Assembly: GCF_014280175.1 (NCBI RefSeq)
Contig: NZ_CP047931.1
Location: 810,001-842,000 of the forward strand
DNA from: Synechococcus sp. A15-28
GTDB taxonomy: Bacteria; Cyanobacteriota; Cyanobacteriia; PCC-6307; Cyanobiaceae
Length of the DNA stretch: 32,000 bases
Reading direction: 5' to 3'
Shown here: piece after piece, positions 1 through 7,298 of the stretch
How positions within the stretch are numbered: the stretch's first letter is position 1
Layout of the letters: each line of letters opens with the position of its first letter
Translations under genes and position numbers: made by a program
The notes under the pieces: model-generated
What the model saw: only the letters and a program-made list of their open reading frames with translations
What the model was told of the DNA's origin: nothing
Databases searched by the model: none

Positions 1-139
1 CCTCAAGGCTGGACAGTCCAGCGGCGAGGCGTTGCTGATGGAGCACGTCCAGCTCCCGGTCGAGATGGTCCATCAGCCTCAGCAGGGAATAGCCGTGCTT
101 GATCTCTTGCTGACTGAGCTCATTCGCAAACCCACCCAT
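1..139 (-). CDS. hypothetical protein, N-terminal 46 codons only (continues past left edge)
   Basis: ATG at 139-137 has a GAGAAGG Shine-Dalgarno-like motif a few nt upstream. The frame stays open to the window edge (MGGFANELSQQEIKHGYSLLRLMDHLDRELDVLHQQRLAAGLSSLE...). It is absent from the ORF track because it is truncated. Confidence 0.45.
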   Translation of the reverse strand, partial: MGGFANELSQQEIKHGYSLLRLMDHLDRELDVLHQQRLAAGLSSLE

Positions 140-382
140 CGCCTTCTCTTAAGGATCTTTTAACTCTTGCATGCTGCGTCGCGTTGGACCCAAGGCTGAT
201 TCGGCTGAGGGAATGGCCCGACGTGTCGCCAGGCCAGGCCTCCGCGTGTGAGGGGTGTCTCAAGCCCCGCCAGCAGCGTCCCGCCCTTGTCCCTGTAATG
301 GGTGACAGAAGCGTGGCTAGATGTTTCACGGTGTGACCATGCCAGGACGACCCTGCATGCGTCCACGCCAGATCTGGCGCAC

Positions 383-409
383 AAAAAAGCCCCATGCGAT
401 GCACGGGGC
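383..409 (-). terminator. rho-independent terminator (second of a tandem pair)
   Basis: The minus strand reads GCCCCGTGC-ATC-GCATGGGGC followed by TTTTTT. That is a 9-bp stem (one G.U), a 3-nt loop and a U6 tail. Confidence 0.6.
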
Positions 410-522
410 CGGGCGATGGGGACAATTCCATTGTGCATGTTCCCGTCAACACCACATCTGTTGGTTGTCACGCTGCGGGCACCATGCTGGCTCTGGAGGG
501 GTGCCCCAGAGCCAGTCGGTAC

Positions 523-547
523 AAAAAAGCCGCCCGATTCGGGCGGC
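523..547 (-). terminator. rho-independent terminator downstream of tRNA-Pro
   Basis: The minus strand reads GCCGCCCG-AAT-CGGGCGGC followed by TTTTTT. The 8-bp GC stem is perfect and lies 34 nt 3' of the tRNA-Pro end. Confidence 0.7.
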
Positions 548-581
548 TGCACTGCCAGTTGGGATCTGGCGTCTCGTGGCA

Positions 582-655
582 TCGGGGAGACAGGATTCGA
601 ACCTGCGGCATCTTGCTCCCAAAGCAAGCGCGCTACCAAACTGCGCCACTCCCCG
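582..655 (-). tRNA. tRNA-Pro (anticodon UGG)
   Basis: Hand-folded 74-nt cloverleaf: acceptor CGGGGAG/CTCCCCG, D arm GCGC-AGTTTGGTA-GCGC, anticodon arm CTTGC-TTTGGGA-GCAAG (TGG at positions 34-36), T arm GCAGG-TTCGAAT-CCTGT, discriminator A. CCA is not encoded. Confidence 0.93.
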
Positions 656-676
656 GACGCACATCAAGATTAGCGC

Positions 677-1072
677 CTAGCCCATGTCCAGCAGGTAGTG
701 GACCACCGCAGCTCGGCGGTCTGCATGGACGCCATCGCCTTCGATGCTGCCGCACACCTCATCGGGCACTCGGTGGATGCGGGTGAGTGATTTCAATTCG
801 TAGGTCTCACCCTCCGTTGGCCCGCCATCCGTGCTGCGGTCCCAGATCTGCTGAGCATCGCCGCGGTAGTGCCCAACGATCTGTCCCAGGTGGGCAAAGG
901 TGTTTGCCCCGCTGCGGCAGACGATGATGGCCAGACAGGCATCGAACTCATCGGTGGAGAGTTGGTTGATGCTGTCCATGACAGCTCGCTCCTCCATCCC
1001 CAGAACCATGTTCTCAAGGGCGCAGCTGCCCTCGTACAGCCAGCTGCGAACGGTGATTCCGATGAGGGTCAT
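677..1072 (-). CDS. hypothetical protein (131 aa)
   Basis: ORF track. The start overlaps the stop of the upstream oxidoreductase gene by 4 nt (ATGA coupling). Third-position GC is high. I recognise no family. Confidence 0.6.
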   Translation of the reverse strand: MTLIGITVRSWLYEGSCALENMVLGMEERAVMDSINQLSTDEFDACLAIIVCRSGANTFAHLGQIVGHYRGDAQQIWDRSTDGGPTEGETYELKSLTRIHRVPDEVCGSIEGDGVHADRRAAVVHYLLDMG

Positions 1073-2202
1073 GGGGTCAGGGTGGAGAGATGCTGGGCCA
1101 GATTCACGCCGCTGCGGATTGCACCTTCAGCACGGCCGAAACCTGGGCCATCGACGTAATCCCCGCAGAAGCCCACCCCACTGGCATCACACCACTGCAG
1201 CGCTGGAGGCAAGGGGTGATCAATCGGTTGGGAGGCCCCCCAGCGCATCACACCGAGCGACTCAGCTCGCTCACAGGCGCTTTGCAGTTCGGGCCACGCC
1301 TTCAGCAGTTCTGGCAGCAATTGCCTCAACCGCTGCTCCTCCTGTTTCAGCAGAACCGGCTGGGTTTCGGGGGTGATCGTTTTGCCGGAGTCGAGGCCGT
1401 GCACCACCAATCCGGTCCGGTTGTCGGCTTGCGGGTGCAGCACGAGGCGCTCCACCCGCCAGTGGGCCTGGGCCTCGGGGGTGAGCCAGATCTGTCTTGG
1501 GTACTGGTCGCCGTTCAGGGGCAGATCGAGCATCAGGTTCCAGCGCACCTCTGCCCGACTCAGGGCCAGTGTTTCCAGGGCCTGATCCAGTTCAGGGTCC
1601 TGGCCCGCAGGAACCGCCTCCCGCAACGGCACCTGTCGCCAGTCGAGCATGGCCAGGGAGCGGGGATGGGCGAGCAGGCTGCCGCTCAGCACCAGTCGCC
1701 TCCCCCGCAGTTGCCAGTCGCTGCCTTCCTGAACGACGCACCAGTGGTCTCCATCCCGCTGCAACGTGCGGACCCGTCGTCCGAAATGTTGCGACAACGC
1801 TCCATCGTTCATCGCCAGCAAGGCCTCGCAGAGGCTGGCCATGAACGGCTCACCCTCCAGCCACGCGCGATCCGCGGGGCCACCCGACCGACTGATCGAC
1901 CCATCCGTGTCCACTGACATCACCGCACCTTTGGCCTGACGCAGCACACCGTTATCCCGCAACGGGTCCAGCAAGGACTGGACTGACTCAGCCAGTGGAT
2001 CCTCCAGATGGAATCCGGGGGCTCCATGGTCCAGGCGCCAGTGCGGTTCATCGCGGCGGCGGCGCGTTGCTGTCCGCCCCCCAGGACCTCGGCCCGCTTC
2101 CACAACAGCCATCGTTCCTGGCCATTGCAGCTGTCGCAGCCTGGCAATCAGGCTGCAACCAGACAGCCCCGCGCCGATGACCACCAGGTCGGCATCAAGC
2201 AT
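1069..2202 (-). CDS. NAD(P)/FAD-dependent oxidoreductase (renalase/amine-oxidase-like)
   Basis: N-terminal dinucleotide-binding fold DLVVIGAGLSGCS (GxGxxG). C-terminal GDYVDGPGFGRAEGAIRSG is typical of flavin amine-oxidase-like proteins. Confidence 0.75.
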   Translation of the reverse strand: MLDADLVVIGAGLSGCSLIARLRQLQWPGTMAVVEAGRGPGGRTATRRRRDEPHWRLDHGAPGFHLEDPLAESVQSLLDPLRDNGVLRQAKGAVMSVDTDGSISRSGGPADRAWLEGEPFMASLCEALLAMNDGALSQHFGRRVRTLQRDGDHWCVVQEGSDWQLRGRRLVLSGSLLAHPRSLAMLDWRQVPLREAVPAGQDPELDQALETLALSRAEVRWNLMLDLPLNGDQYPRQIWLTPEAQAHWRVERLVLHPQADNRTGLVVHGLDSGKTITPETQPVLLKQEEQRLRQLLPELLKAWPELQSACERAESLGVMRWGASQPIDHPLPPALQWCDASGVGFCGDYVDGPGFGRAEGAIRSGVNLAQHLSTLTP

Positions 2203-2211
2203 CAGGGGCGC

Positions 2212-2304
2212 TTACATCCAATATTTTTCGGCTGCGACCCGGGAGAACAATCCACCCAACAGAGCCAGCAGCAACGTCACGCCGAAGAACACGAAATAAG
2301 CCAT
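2212..2304 (-). CDS. putative 30-aa single-pass membrane micro-protein
   Basis: ATG..TAA ORF, too short for the ORF track: MAYFVFFGVTLLLALLGGLFSRVAAEKYWM. It has one hydrophobic helix and ends 9 nt upstream of the oxidoreductase start on the same strand. Confidence 0.35.
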   Translation of the reverse strand: MAYFVFFGVTLLLALLGGLFSRVAAEKYWM

Positions 2305-2379
2305 CCGTCGCTGTGTCGTCGAATCGATTGGGCCGTTTCTAACAGCAAGGGATGGGAGCAGCTGTCCCGGTCAGAGGAC

Positions 2380-2395
2380 GACATCAATTGATGTC
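2380..2395. repeat. perfect 16-nt palindrome GACATCAATTGATGTC
   Basis: Read directly from the sequence. It lies 12 nt 3' of tRNA-Lys on the minus strand and has no U tail. Confidence 0.8.
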
Positions 2396-2406
2396 ATTCA
2401 TGGGAA

Positions 2407-2478
2407 TGGGTCGCCTGAGATTCGAACTCAGGACCAGCCGGTTAAAAGCCGGATGCTCTACCGCTGAGCTAGCGACCC
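2407..2478 (-). tRNA. tRNA-Lys (anticodon UUU)
   Basis: Hand-folded 72-nt cloverleaf: acceptor GGGTCGC/GCGACCC, D arm GCTC-AGCGGTA-GAGC, anticodon loop CTTTTAA (TTT), T arm CTGAG-TTCGAAT-CTCAG, discriminator A. Confidence 0.93.
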
Positions 2479-2561
2479 GCCCGCTTGGGCGTGCCATTTC
2501 GGGCACCAATGGACATTATCACTCGGTCCGGCTGAGGATCGGGAGGTGTTGTAGACCTGTG

Positions 2562-3080
2562 ATGCCTCCGTTGACGTCAGCCTCTGCGCCCTGGCCGACA
2601 CCCCAGATCCATCCCGATGCCTGGGTTTCCTCGTCTGCCGTGGTGATCGGAGACGTGACCATGGAAGAGGGCAGCAGTCTCTGGCCCACGGCCGTGGCCC
2701 GGGGGGATCTCGCACCGATTCGGATCGGTGCGCGCAGCAACGTTCAGGATGGTGCGGTGCTGCATGGGGATCCGGATCAGCCGGTGCTGATCGGAGCGGA
2801 TGTCACGGTCGGCCACCGGGCCGTCATTCACGGTGCTTCGCTGTTGGATGGCTGTCTTGTGGGCATCGGAGCCATCGTTCTCAACGGTGTCACCGTGGGG
2901 GAGGGTGCCCTGGTGGCTGCCGGTGCTGTGGTGACCAAAGACGTTCCAGCCCGCAGCCTGGTGATGGGGGCACCAGCGCAGTTGAAACGGGAACTCCCGG
3001 CTGAAGCCGTGGACTCTCAACGCAGCCACGCCAGCAGCTACGCCGAACTGGCCAGGCAGCACGCCAACGGCGGCAGCTGA
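2562..3080 (+). CDS. gamma-class carbonic anhydrase family / hexapeptide-repeat protein (YrdA/PaaY-like)
   Basis: Left-handed beta-helix hexapeptide repeats (IGARSNVQDGAVLHGD, IGADVTVGHRAVIHGA, VGIGAIVLNGVTVGEGALVAAGAVV). I chose the ATG at 2562 because the longer ORF (from 2352) runs through tRNA-Lys. Confidence 0.8.
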   Translation: MPPLTSASAPWPTPQIHPDAWVSSSAVVIGDVTMEEGSSLWPTAVARGDLAPIRIGARSNVQDGAVLHGDPDQPVLIGADVTVGHRAVIHGASLLDGCLVGIGAIVLNGVTVGEGALVAAGAVVTKDVPARSLVMGAPAQLKRELPAEAVDSQRSHASSYAELARQHANGGS

Positions 3081-3165
3081 TTGCTGCATTTTTGATCAGC
3101 TTTTCGTCTAAATCGTGGGTTTCTCTTGGAAGTCCGTAAGATCGCCCGGAAGTCTTTGTACCCCC

Positions 3166-3384
3166 ATGAGCGTCGCCCGCGTTGCCATCGGCCTCGTCGT
3201 CATCCTCGGGATCGTCGCCTATTCCGCCTACAGCGTGATCACCACGGGTCAGGTGCTGGGCATCGACGCTCGTCTGTTCCTTGTGGTGGCCCCCATTCTT
3301 GCCGCTGTGAGCTGGGCTGCTTTCAACATCGGCCGTGCCGCCGTTGGTCAGCTGCAGCTGCTGATCAAGCGCAGCCGCGCCTGA
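3166..3384 (+). CDS. psbY: photosystem II protein Y homologue with N-terminal extension
   Basis: The C-terminal 40 aa (IDARLFLVVAPILAAVSWAAFNIGRAAVGQLQLLIKRSRA) match the PsbY pattern (MDxR..P....WAxxNIGxAAxxQLQ). The upstream in-frame segment from ATG 3166 has coding-like GC3 and a second hydrophobic helix. An alternative short start is GTG 3253. Confidence 0.65.
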   Translation: MSVARVAIGLVVILGIVAYSAYSVITTGQVLGIDARLFLVVAPILAAVSWAAFNIGRAAVGQLQLLIKRSRA

Positions 3385-3390
3385 TTTTTT
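3367..3390 (+). terminator. possible weak intrinsic terminator after psbY
   Basis: A short GC stem (AGCGC-AGCC-GCGCC) overlaps the stop codon and is followed by T6 (3385-3390). Confidence 0.35.
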
Positions 3391-3442
3391 CCCAGGCTTC
3401 TCAATAAGAGGATCCGTAGGCTGAAGGCTGATTGTTGCAGCC

Positions 3443-4816
3443 TTGTTGTCTATTCAACGATCCGTCACCGTTCTCGGGGCTGGCCTGGCTGGGACAGAAG
3501 CCGCCTGGCAAGTGGCCCGTGCGGGGATACCAGTGACCATCGTGGAGATGCGGCCGATCCGTCGCTCCCCGGCCCACCACAGCAGCGACTTTGCAGAGCT
3601 GGTGTGCAGCAACAGTTTCGGTGCACTGAGCAGCGACCGGGCTGCCGGTTTGCTGCAGGAGGAATTGCGTCGCCTGGGGTCCCTGGTGATTGGAACCGCG
3701 GATTCCCATGCCGTCCCAGCTGGGGGTGCCCTGGCCGTGGACCGCGGCCGATACAGCGCCGCTCTGACCGAAGCGCTGGATCAGCATCCTTTGGTGACCA
3801 TCGAACGGCAGGAACAGCAGGCCCTGCCCGAAGAGGGGCAGATCACTGTTCTGGCAACGGGTCCGCTGACCAGCGAACCACTGGCTGAGGATCTGAGGGC
3901 GTTCACCGGCCGGTCGGACTGTCATTTCTTCGATGCCGCCAGTCCGATCGTGCATGGCGACAGCATTGATCTCGACATTGCCTTCCGCGCCAGCCGCTAC
4001 GACAAGGGCGATGCGGATTACATCAACTGTCCGATGGACAAGGAGCAGTACCTGGCGTTCCGCAAGGCCCTGCTGGAGGCGGAACAGGCTGAGCTCAAGG
4101 ATTTCGACAAGGACGATGCCACCTTCTTCGAGGGATGTCTGCCCATTGAAGAGCTGGCCCGTCGTGGTGAAGACACCATGCGCTACGGCCCGCTGAAACC
4201 CATCGGCCTCTGGGATCCCCGCTGGGGTGATGTGAACGACAGGGATGTACGCCGCGCCAAGCGTGCCTATGCCGTTGTGCAGCTGCGCCAGGAGGACAAG
4301 GACGGCCGCCTCTGGAATCTCGTGGGTTTTCAGACCAATCTCAAGTGGGGCGAGCAAAAACGCGTGCTGCAGATGATTCCCGGTCTGGCCGGGGCCGAGT
4401 TCGTGCGGTTCGGGGTGATGCACCGCAACACTTTTCTGGAGTCGCCGCAATTGCTGGAGCCCTCGCTTCAATTCCGCAGCCGTTCCACACTGCTGGCGGC
4501 AGGCCAGATCACCGGCACCGAGGGCTACGCCGCTGCCGTGGCCGGTGGCTGGTTGGCGGGTACCAATGCCGCCCGCCTCGCCAGAGGACTGGAACCGATT
4601 GATCTGCCGGTGACTTGCATGAGCGGGGCCCTGACGCACTTCGTCAGCGAAGCTCCCACGGCCAAATTTCAGCCGATGCCCCCCAACTTCGGTCTGCTGC
4701 CGGAGCTGCCGGAGCGGATCCGCGACAAGCGCGCCCGCTACGGCGCCTACCGCGACCGGGCCCTGCGGGATCTTGAGCGGATTGAGGCGCTGACGCCGAA
4801 CGTCCTGGTGGCATGA
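3443..4816 (+). CDS. trmFO: methylenetetrahydrofolate--tRNA-(uracil54-C5)-methyltransferase TrmFO (Gid)
   Basis: [19 protein letters not shown] fold, ELVCSNSF, and full-length TrmFO-like sequence. The start is TTG (3443 or 3446). Confidence 0.88.
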   Translation: MLSIQRSVTVLGAGLAGTEAAWQVARAGIPVTIVEMRPIRRSPAHHSSDFAELVCSNSFGALSSDRAAGLLQEELRRLGSLVIGTADSHAVPAGGALAVDRGRYSAALTEALDQHPLVTIERQEQQALPEEGQITVLATGPLTSEPLAEDLRAFTGRSDCHFFDAASPIVHGDSIDLDIAFRASRYDKGDADYINCPMDKEQYLAFRKALLEAEQAELKDFDKDDATFFEGCLPIEELARRGEDTMRYGPLKPIGLWDPRWGDVNDRDVRRAKRAYAVVQLRQEDKDGRLWNLVGFQTNLKWGEQKRVLQMIPGLAGAEFVRFGVMHRNTFLESPQLLEPSLQFRSRSTLLAAGQITGTEGYAAAVAGGWLAGTNAARLARGLEPIDLPVTCMSGALTHFVSEAPTAKFQPMPPNFGLLPELPERIRDKRARYGAYRDRALRDLERIEALTPNVLVA

Positions 4817-4858
4817 CCGCTGGCCCCTTAGCGTCTCTGCCATTGGTGGAGCGATGCC

Positions 4859-6415
4859 ATGGGCGAACAGCAGCACTGGGATGCCGTGGTCATCGGCTCC
4901 GGCATCGGCGGTTTGGTGACCGCCAGTCAGCTGGCGGCCAAGGGGGCCAAGACCCTGGTGTTGGAGCGCTATCTGATTCCAGGCGGCAGTGGCGGTGCGT
5001 TCAAGCGCGAGGGCTACACCTTCGATGTGGGGGCCTCGATGATCTTCGGTTTCGGCGAGAAGGGGTACACCAACCTGCTCACCCGGGCCCTGGCGGAGGT
5101 GGGCGAGCATTGCGACACGATTCCGGATCAGGCCCAGCTCGAGTACCACATGCCGGGGGGGCTCAACATTGCGGTGGATCGCGATTACGAGCAGTTCATT
5201 GCCGATCTGTCCGCCCGGTTTCCCCATGAGGCCAACGGCATCCGCCGCTTCTACGACACCTGCTGGCAGGTGTTCAACTGCCTCGATGCGATGCCGTTGC
5301 TGTCCCTGGAGGACCCTGCCTATCTCGCCAAGGTGTTCTTCAAGGCTCCGCTGGCTTGCCTGGGGCTGGCCCGCTGGCTGCCGTTCAACGTCGGTGCGGT
5401 CGCCCGTCAGCACATCAAGGACGAGCAGCTGCTGAAGTTCATCGACATCGAATGCTTCTGCTGGTCTGTGATGCCGGCGGATCGCACCCCGATGATCAAC
5501 GCCGGGATGGTGTTCTCCGATCGCCATGCAGGGGGGATCAATTACCCCCGCGGTGGTGTGGGTGTGATCGCCGAAAAGCTGGTTCAAGGTCTTGAGCGCC
5601 ATGGCGGAGCAATCCGCTACAAGGCGAGGGTCACTGAGGTGCTTCTCGAAGACGGCAAGGCGGTGGGGGTGAAGCTGGCCAATGGAGAGACGATCCGCTC
5701 GAAACGGGTGATCTCCAACGCCACCCGCTGGGACACCTTTTCGGGGCAGGACGATGGGTCCAAGCGGGCCGGTCAGGCGCTGGTTGATGAGGCCAACACC
5801 CCAGAAAAAGAGGCCTTCTGGCGCCGCCGCTATGTGCCCTCGCCCTCCTTCCTCTCCTTGCATCTGGGGGTTCGCGCTGACCTGATTCCGGCAGGCACCC
5901 ACTGCCACCACCTCCTGCTCGAAGACTGGAACCGGATGGAGGACGAGCAGGGGGTGATCTTTGTGTCGATGCCCTCGCTCCTGGACCCGGATCTGGCTCC
6001 GGAGGGGCACCACATCGTTCATACCTTCACGCCGTCCTCGATGGAGGCTTGGCAAGGGCTGACCCCCAGCCAGTACCGCGAAAAAAAGGAGGCGGATGCG
6101 GAGCGATTGATTCAGCGCCTTGAAGCGATCCTGCCCGGCCTCGCCGCTGCCATCACCCACAAGGAGATCGGCACCCCCCGCAGCCACCGGCGCTTCCTCG
6201 GGCGCTTCCAGGGCAGCTACGGCCCGATCCCTGCGATGCAACTGCCGGGCCTGTTGCCCATGCCGTTCAACCGCACCGGCGTGCCCAATCTCTATTGCGT
6301 CGGGGACTCCTGTTTCCCGGGCCAGGGACTCAATGCCGTCGCCTTCAGTGGTTTTGCCTGTGCCCATCGGGTGGGAGCTGATCTGGGCCTCAACCCCTGG
6401 GCACTACCGGCCTGA
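4859..6415 (+). CDS. crtH: carotenoid (prolycopene) cis-trans isomerase
   Basis: DAVVIGSGIGGLVTASQLA FAD fold, YTFDVGASMIFGFG, and a C-terminal GDSCFPGQGLNAVAFSG motif. Length (518 aa) and sequence are typical of cyanobacterial CrtH/CRTISO. Confidence 0.85.
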   Translation: MGEQQHWDAVVIGSGIGGLVTASQLAAKGAKTLVLERYLIPGGSGGAFKREGYTFDVGASMIFGFGEKGYTNLLTRALAEVGEHCDTIPDQAQLEYHMPGGLNIAVDRDYEQFIADLSARFPHEANGIRRFYDTCWQVFNCLDAMPLLSLEDPAYLAKVFFKAPLACLGLARWLPFNVGAVARQHIKDEQLLKFIDIECFCWSVMPADRTPMINAGMVFSDRHAGGINYPRGGVGVIAEKLVQGLERHGGAIRYKARVTEVLLEDGKAVGVKLANGETIRSKRVISNATRWDTFSGQDDGSKRAGQALVDEANTPEKEAFWRRRYVPSPSFLSLHLGVRADLIPAGTHCHHLLLEDWNRMEDEQGVIFVSMPSLLDPDLAPEGHHIVHTFTPSSMEAWQGLTPSQYREKKEADAERLIQRLEAILPGLAAAITHKEIGTPRSHRRFLGRFQGSYGPIPAMQLPGLLPMPFNRTGVPNLYCVGDSCFPGQGLNAVAFSGFACAHRVGADLGLNPWALPA

Positions 6416-6450
6416 TCTTCTTATTAGCTTGATCATCCATAGGAGTTGGG

Positions 6451-6735
6451 ATGTCGCCTGAGTTTCAGCCGTCGTCGGACGATTTGGCCCGCTACCTCGA
6501 GCAGAGGGGCGAGCTGACCAAGCCCTGGAACCTTCAGATGCTGCGTTTGCAAAAGCTGAAGGAGGCCAAGGACTCCATGGATCATGAGGAGTACATCGCA
6601 ACCATTCAGGAGGCCCACGCCGATCTGATGCGGCTTGGAGCGTTCTGGAAGGGGCGGGAAGCGGAGGTCTTCGGTGGTGCCTACGTGCCGTCTGAGCAGC
6701 TTGAGCCCCGTCCTGGTTCCGTTGAGGACCGCTGA
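6451..6735 (+). CDS. hypothetical protein (94 aa)
   Basis: ORF track, ATG start. The stop overlaps the next start (TGATG). Confidence 0.6.
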   Translation: MSPEFQPSSDDLARYLEQRGELTKPWNLQMLRLQKLKEAKDSMDHEEYIATIQEAHADLMRLGAFWKGREAEVFGGAYVPSEQLEPRPGSVEDR

Positions 6736-7298
6736 TGGCTCCCAGTTCCGGTGTTGAACGCTTCGGCCTGTCGCCGCTGATCCGCAGCGCCTTGCTCAGC
6801 TTGTATGTGGCGCTGGTTCTACCCCTGCCGCTGTTGGCTCCAGAGGATTTGCGCTGGTGGATGGCCGCCGGCTTGTTGTTAGGGCTGATTCTTGTGCTGG
6901 GGCTGCTCAGCGAGCAGGTGGAAGCTGACGCCTCTGGCCTTCAGGTCCGCTACCCGGCCTGGATCCGTTGGCTGTTCCGTCGCGGTTGGTCCATGCCATG
7001 GCAAGACATCCGCGCCCTCGTTCCCGTTGGCACCAGCCAAGGGGGCACGGTCTATTACCTCAAAGCTGCTGATCTACGACACCAGCTGCTGCCACAGCGC
7101 ATCGAACGATTCGATCGTTTTCTGGCCTTGCTCAGGGAACACACGTCTGTCTCCACAGCTGGCATCGGCCGACTGACACCTCCCTGGACCTATCAGGTGC
7201 TTCAGGGGTTGGCGATCCTGATGGTTCTGGCTGAGCTCACAGGAGCCCTTGCCATCACGCAGCACTGGGTCAACTTGCCGGAAGGTTATCCAGGCTGA
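6735..7298 (+). CDS. hypothetical membrane protein (187 aa), possibly with a bacterial PH-like domain between TM segments
   Basis: Two N-terminal helices and one C-terminal hydrophobic helix flank a soluble segment (GLQVRYPAWIRWLFRRGWSMPWQDIRALVPV...). Translationally coupled to the upstream ORF. Confidence 0.6.
   Translation: MAPSSGVERFGLSPLIRSALLSLYVALVLPLPLLAPEDLRWWMAAGLLLGLILVLGLLSEQVEADASGLQVRYPAWIRWLFRRGWSMPWQDIRALVPVGTSQGGTVYYLKAADLRHQLLPQRIERFDRFLALLREHTSVSTAGIGRLTPPWTYQVLQGLAILMVLAELTGALAITQHWVNLPEGYPG

Noticed and set aside
194-204. GGCTGATTCGG resembles the tmRNA 5' end (GGGGCUGAUUC...)
   Set aside because: There is no tRNA-like T arm, no acceptor 3' strand and no tag reading frame anywhere in 140-581 on either strand. 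I also found no RNase P (GAGGAAAGUCC), SRP RNA or 6S-like long-hairpin signature.
246-256. The minus strand reads ACCCCTCACAC, one mismatch from the conserved Yfr1 sRNA core ACUCCUCACAC
   Set aside because: The motif is not flanked by the two stem-loops and U-tailed terminator that define Yfr1. An 11-mer with a mismatch can easily occur by chance in GC-rich DNA. It is kept only as a note inside the 140-581 finding.
120-786. Overlapping 70-160-aa ORFs in several frames on both strands
   Set aside because: They run through tRNA-Pro and both terminator hairpins. The translations are Arg/Pro/Gly/Cys/Trp-rich with no coding periodicity that I could see. The region is better explained as non-coding.
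582-2478. tRNA-Pro and tRNA-Lys as boundaries of an integrated island
   Set aside because: There is no direct repeat of either tRNA 3' end, no integrase and no compositional shift visible within the window. The genes between them look like ordinary core-type genes. An island left of position 1 cannot be excluded.
2352-2561. A 70-codon N-terminal extension of the gamma-CA-like ORF
   Set aside because: The extension overlaps tRNA-Lys on the opposite strand, and homologous proteins start near the ATG at 2562.
5155-5161. G7 homopolymers inside CDS (also 25929-25935 in the ABC gene, and C7 at 31864-31870)
   Set aside because: They encode Gly-Gly in intact housekeeping genes, so there is no sign of phase-variable frameshifting. 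They are consistent with GC-rich codon usage.
3401-6367. 988-aa ORF on the minus strand, the longest in this part of the window
   Set aside because: It is exactly antisense to trmFO and crtH, which have unmistakable conserved motifs. Its translation is Arg/Gly/Pro/Ala-rich low-complexity sequence with no recognisable domain. This is the usual stop-codon-poor antisense frame of a GC-rich genome.
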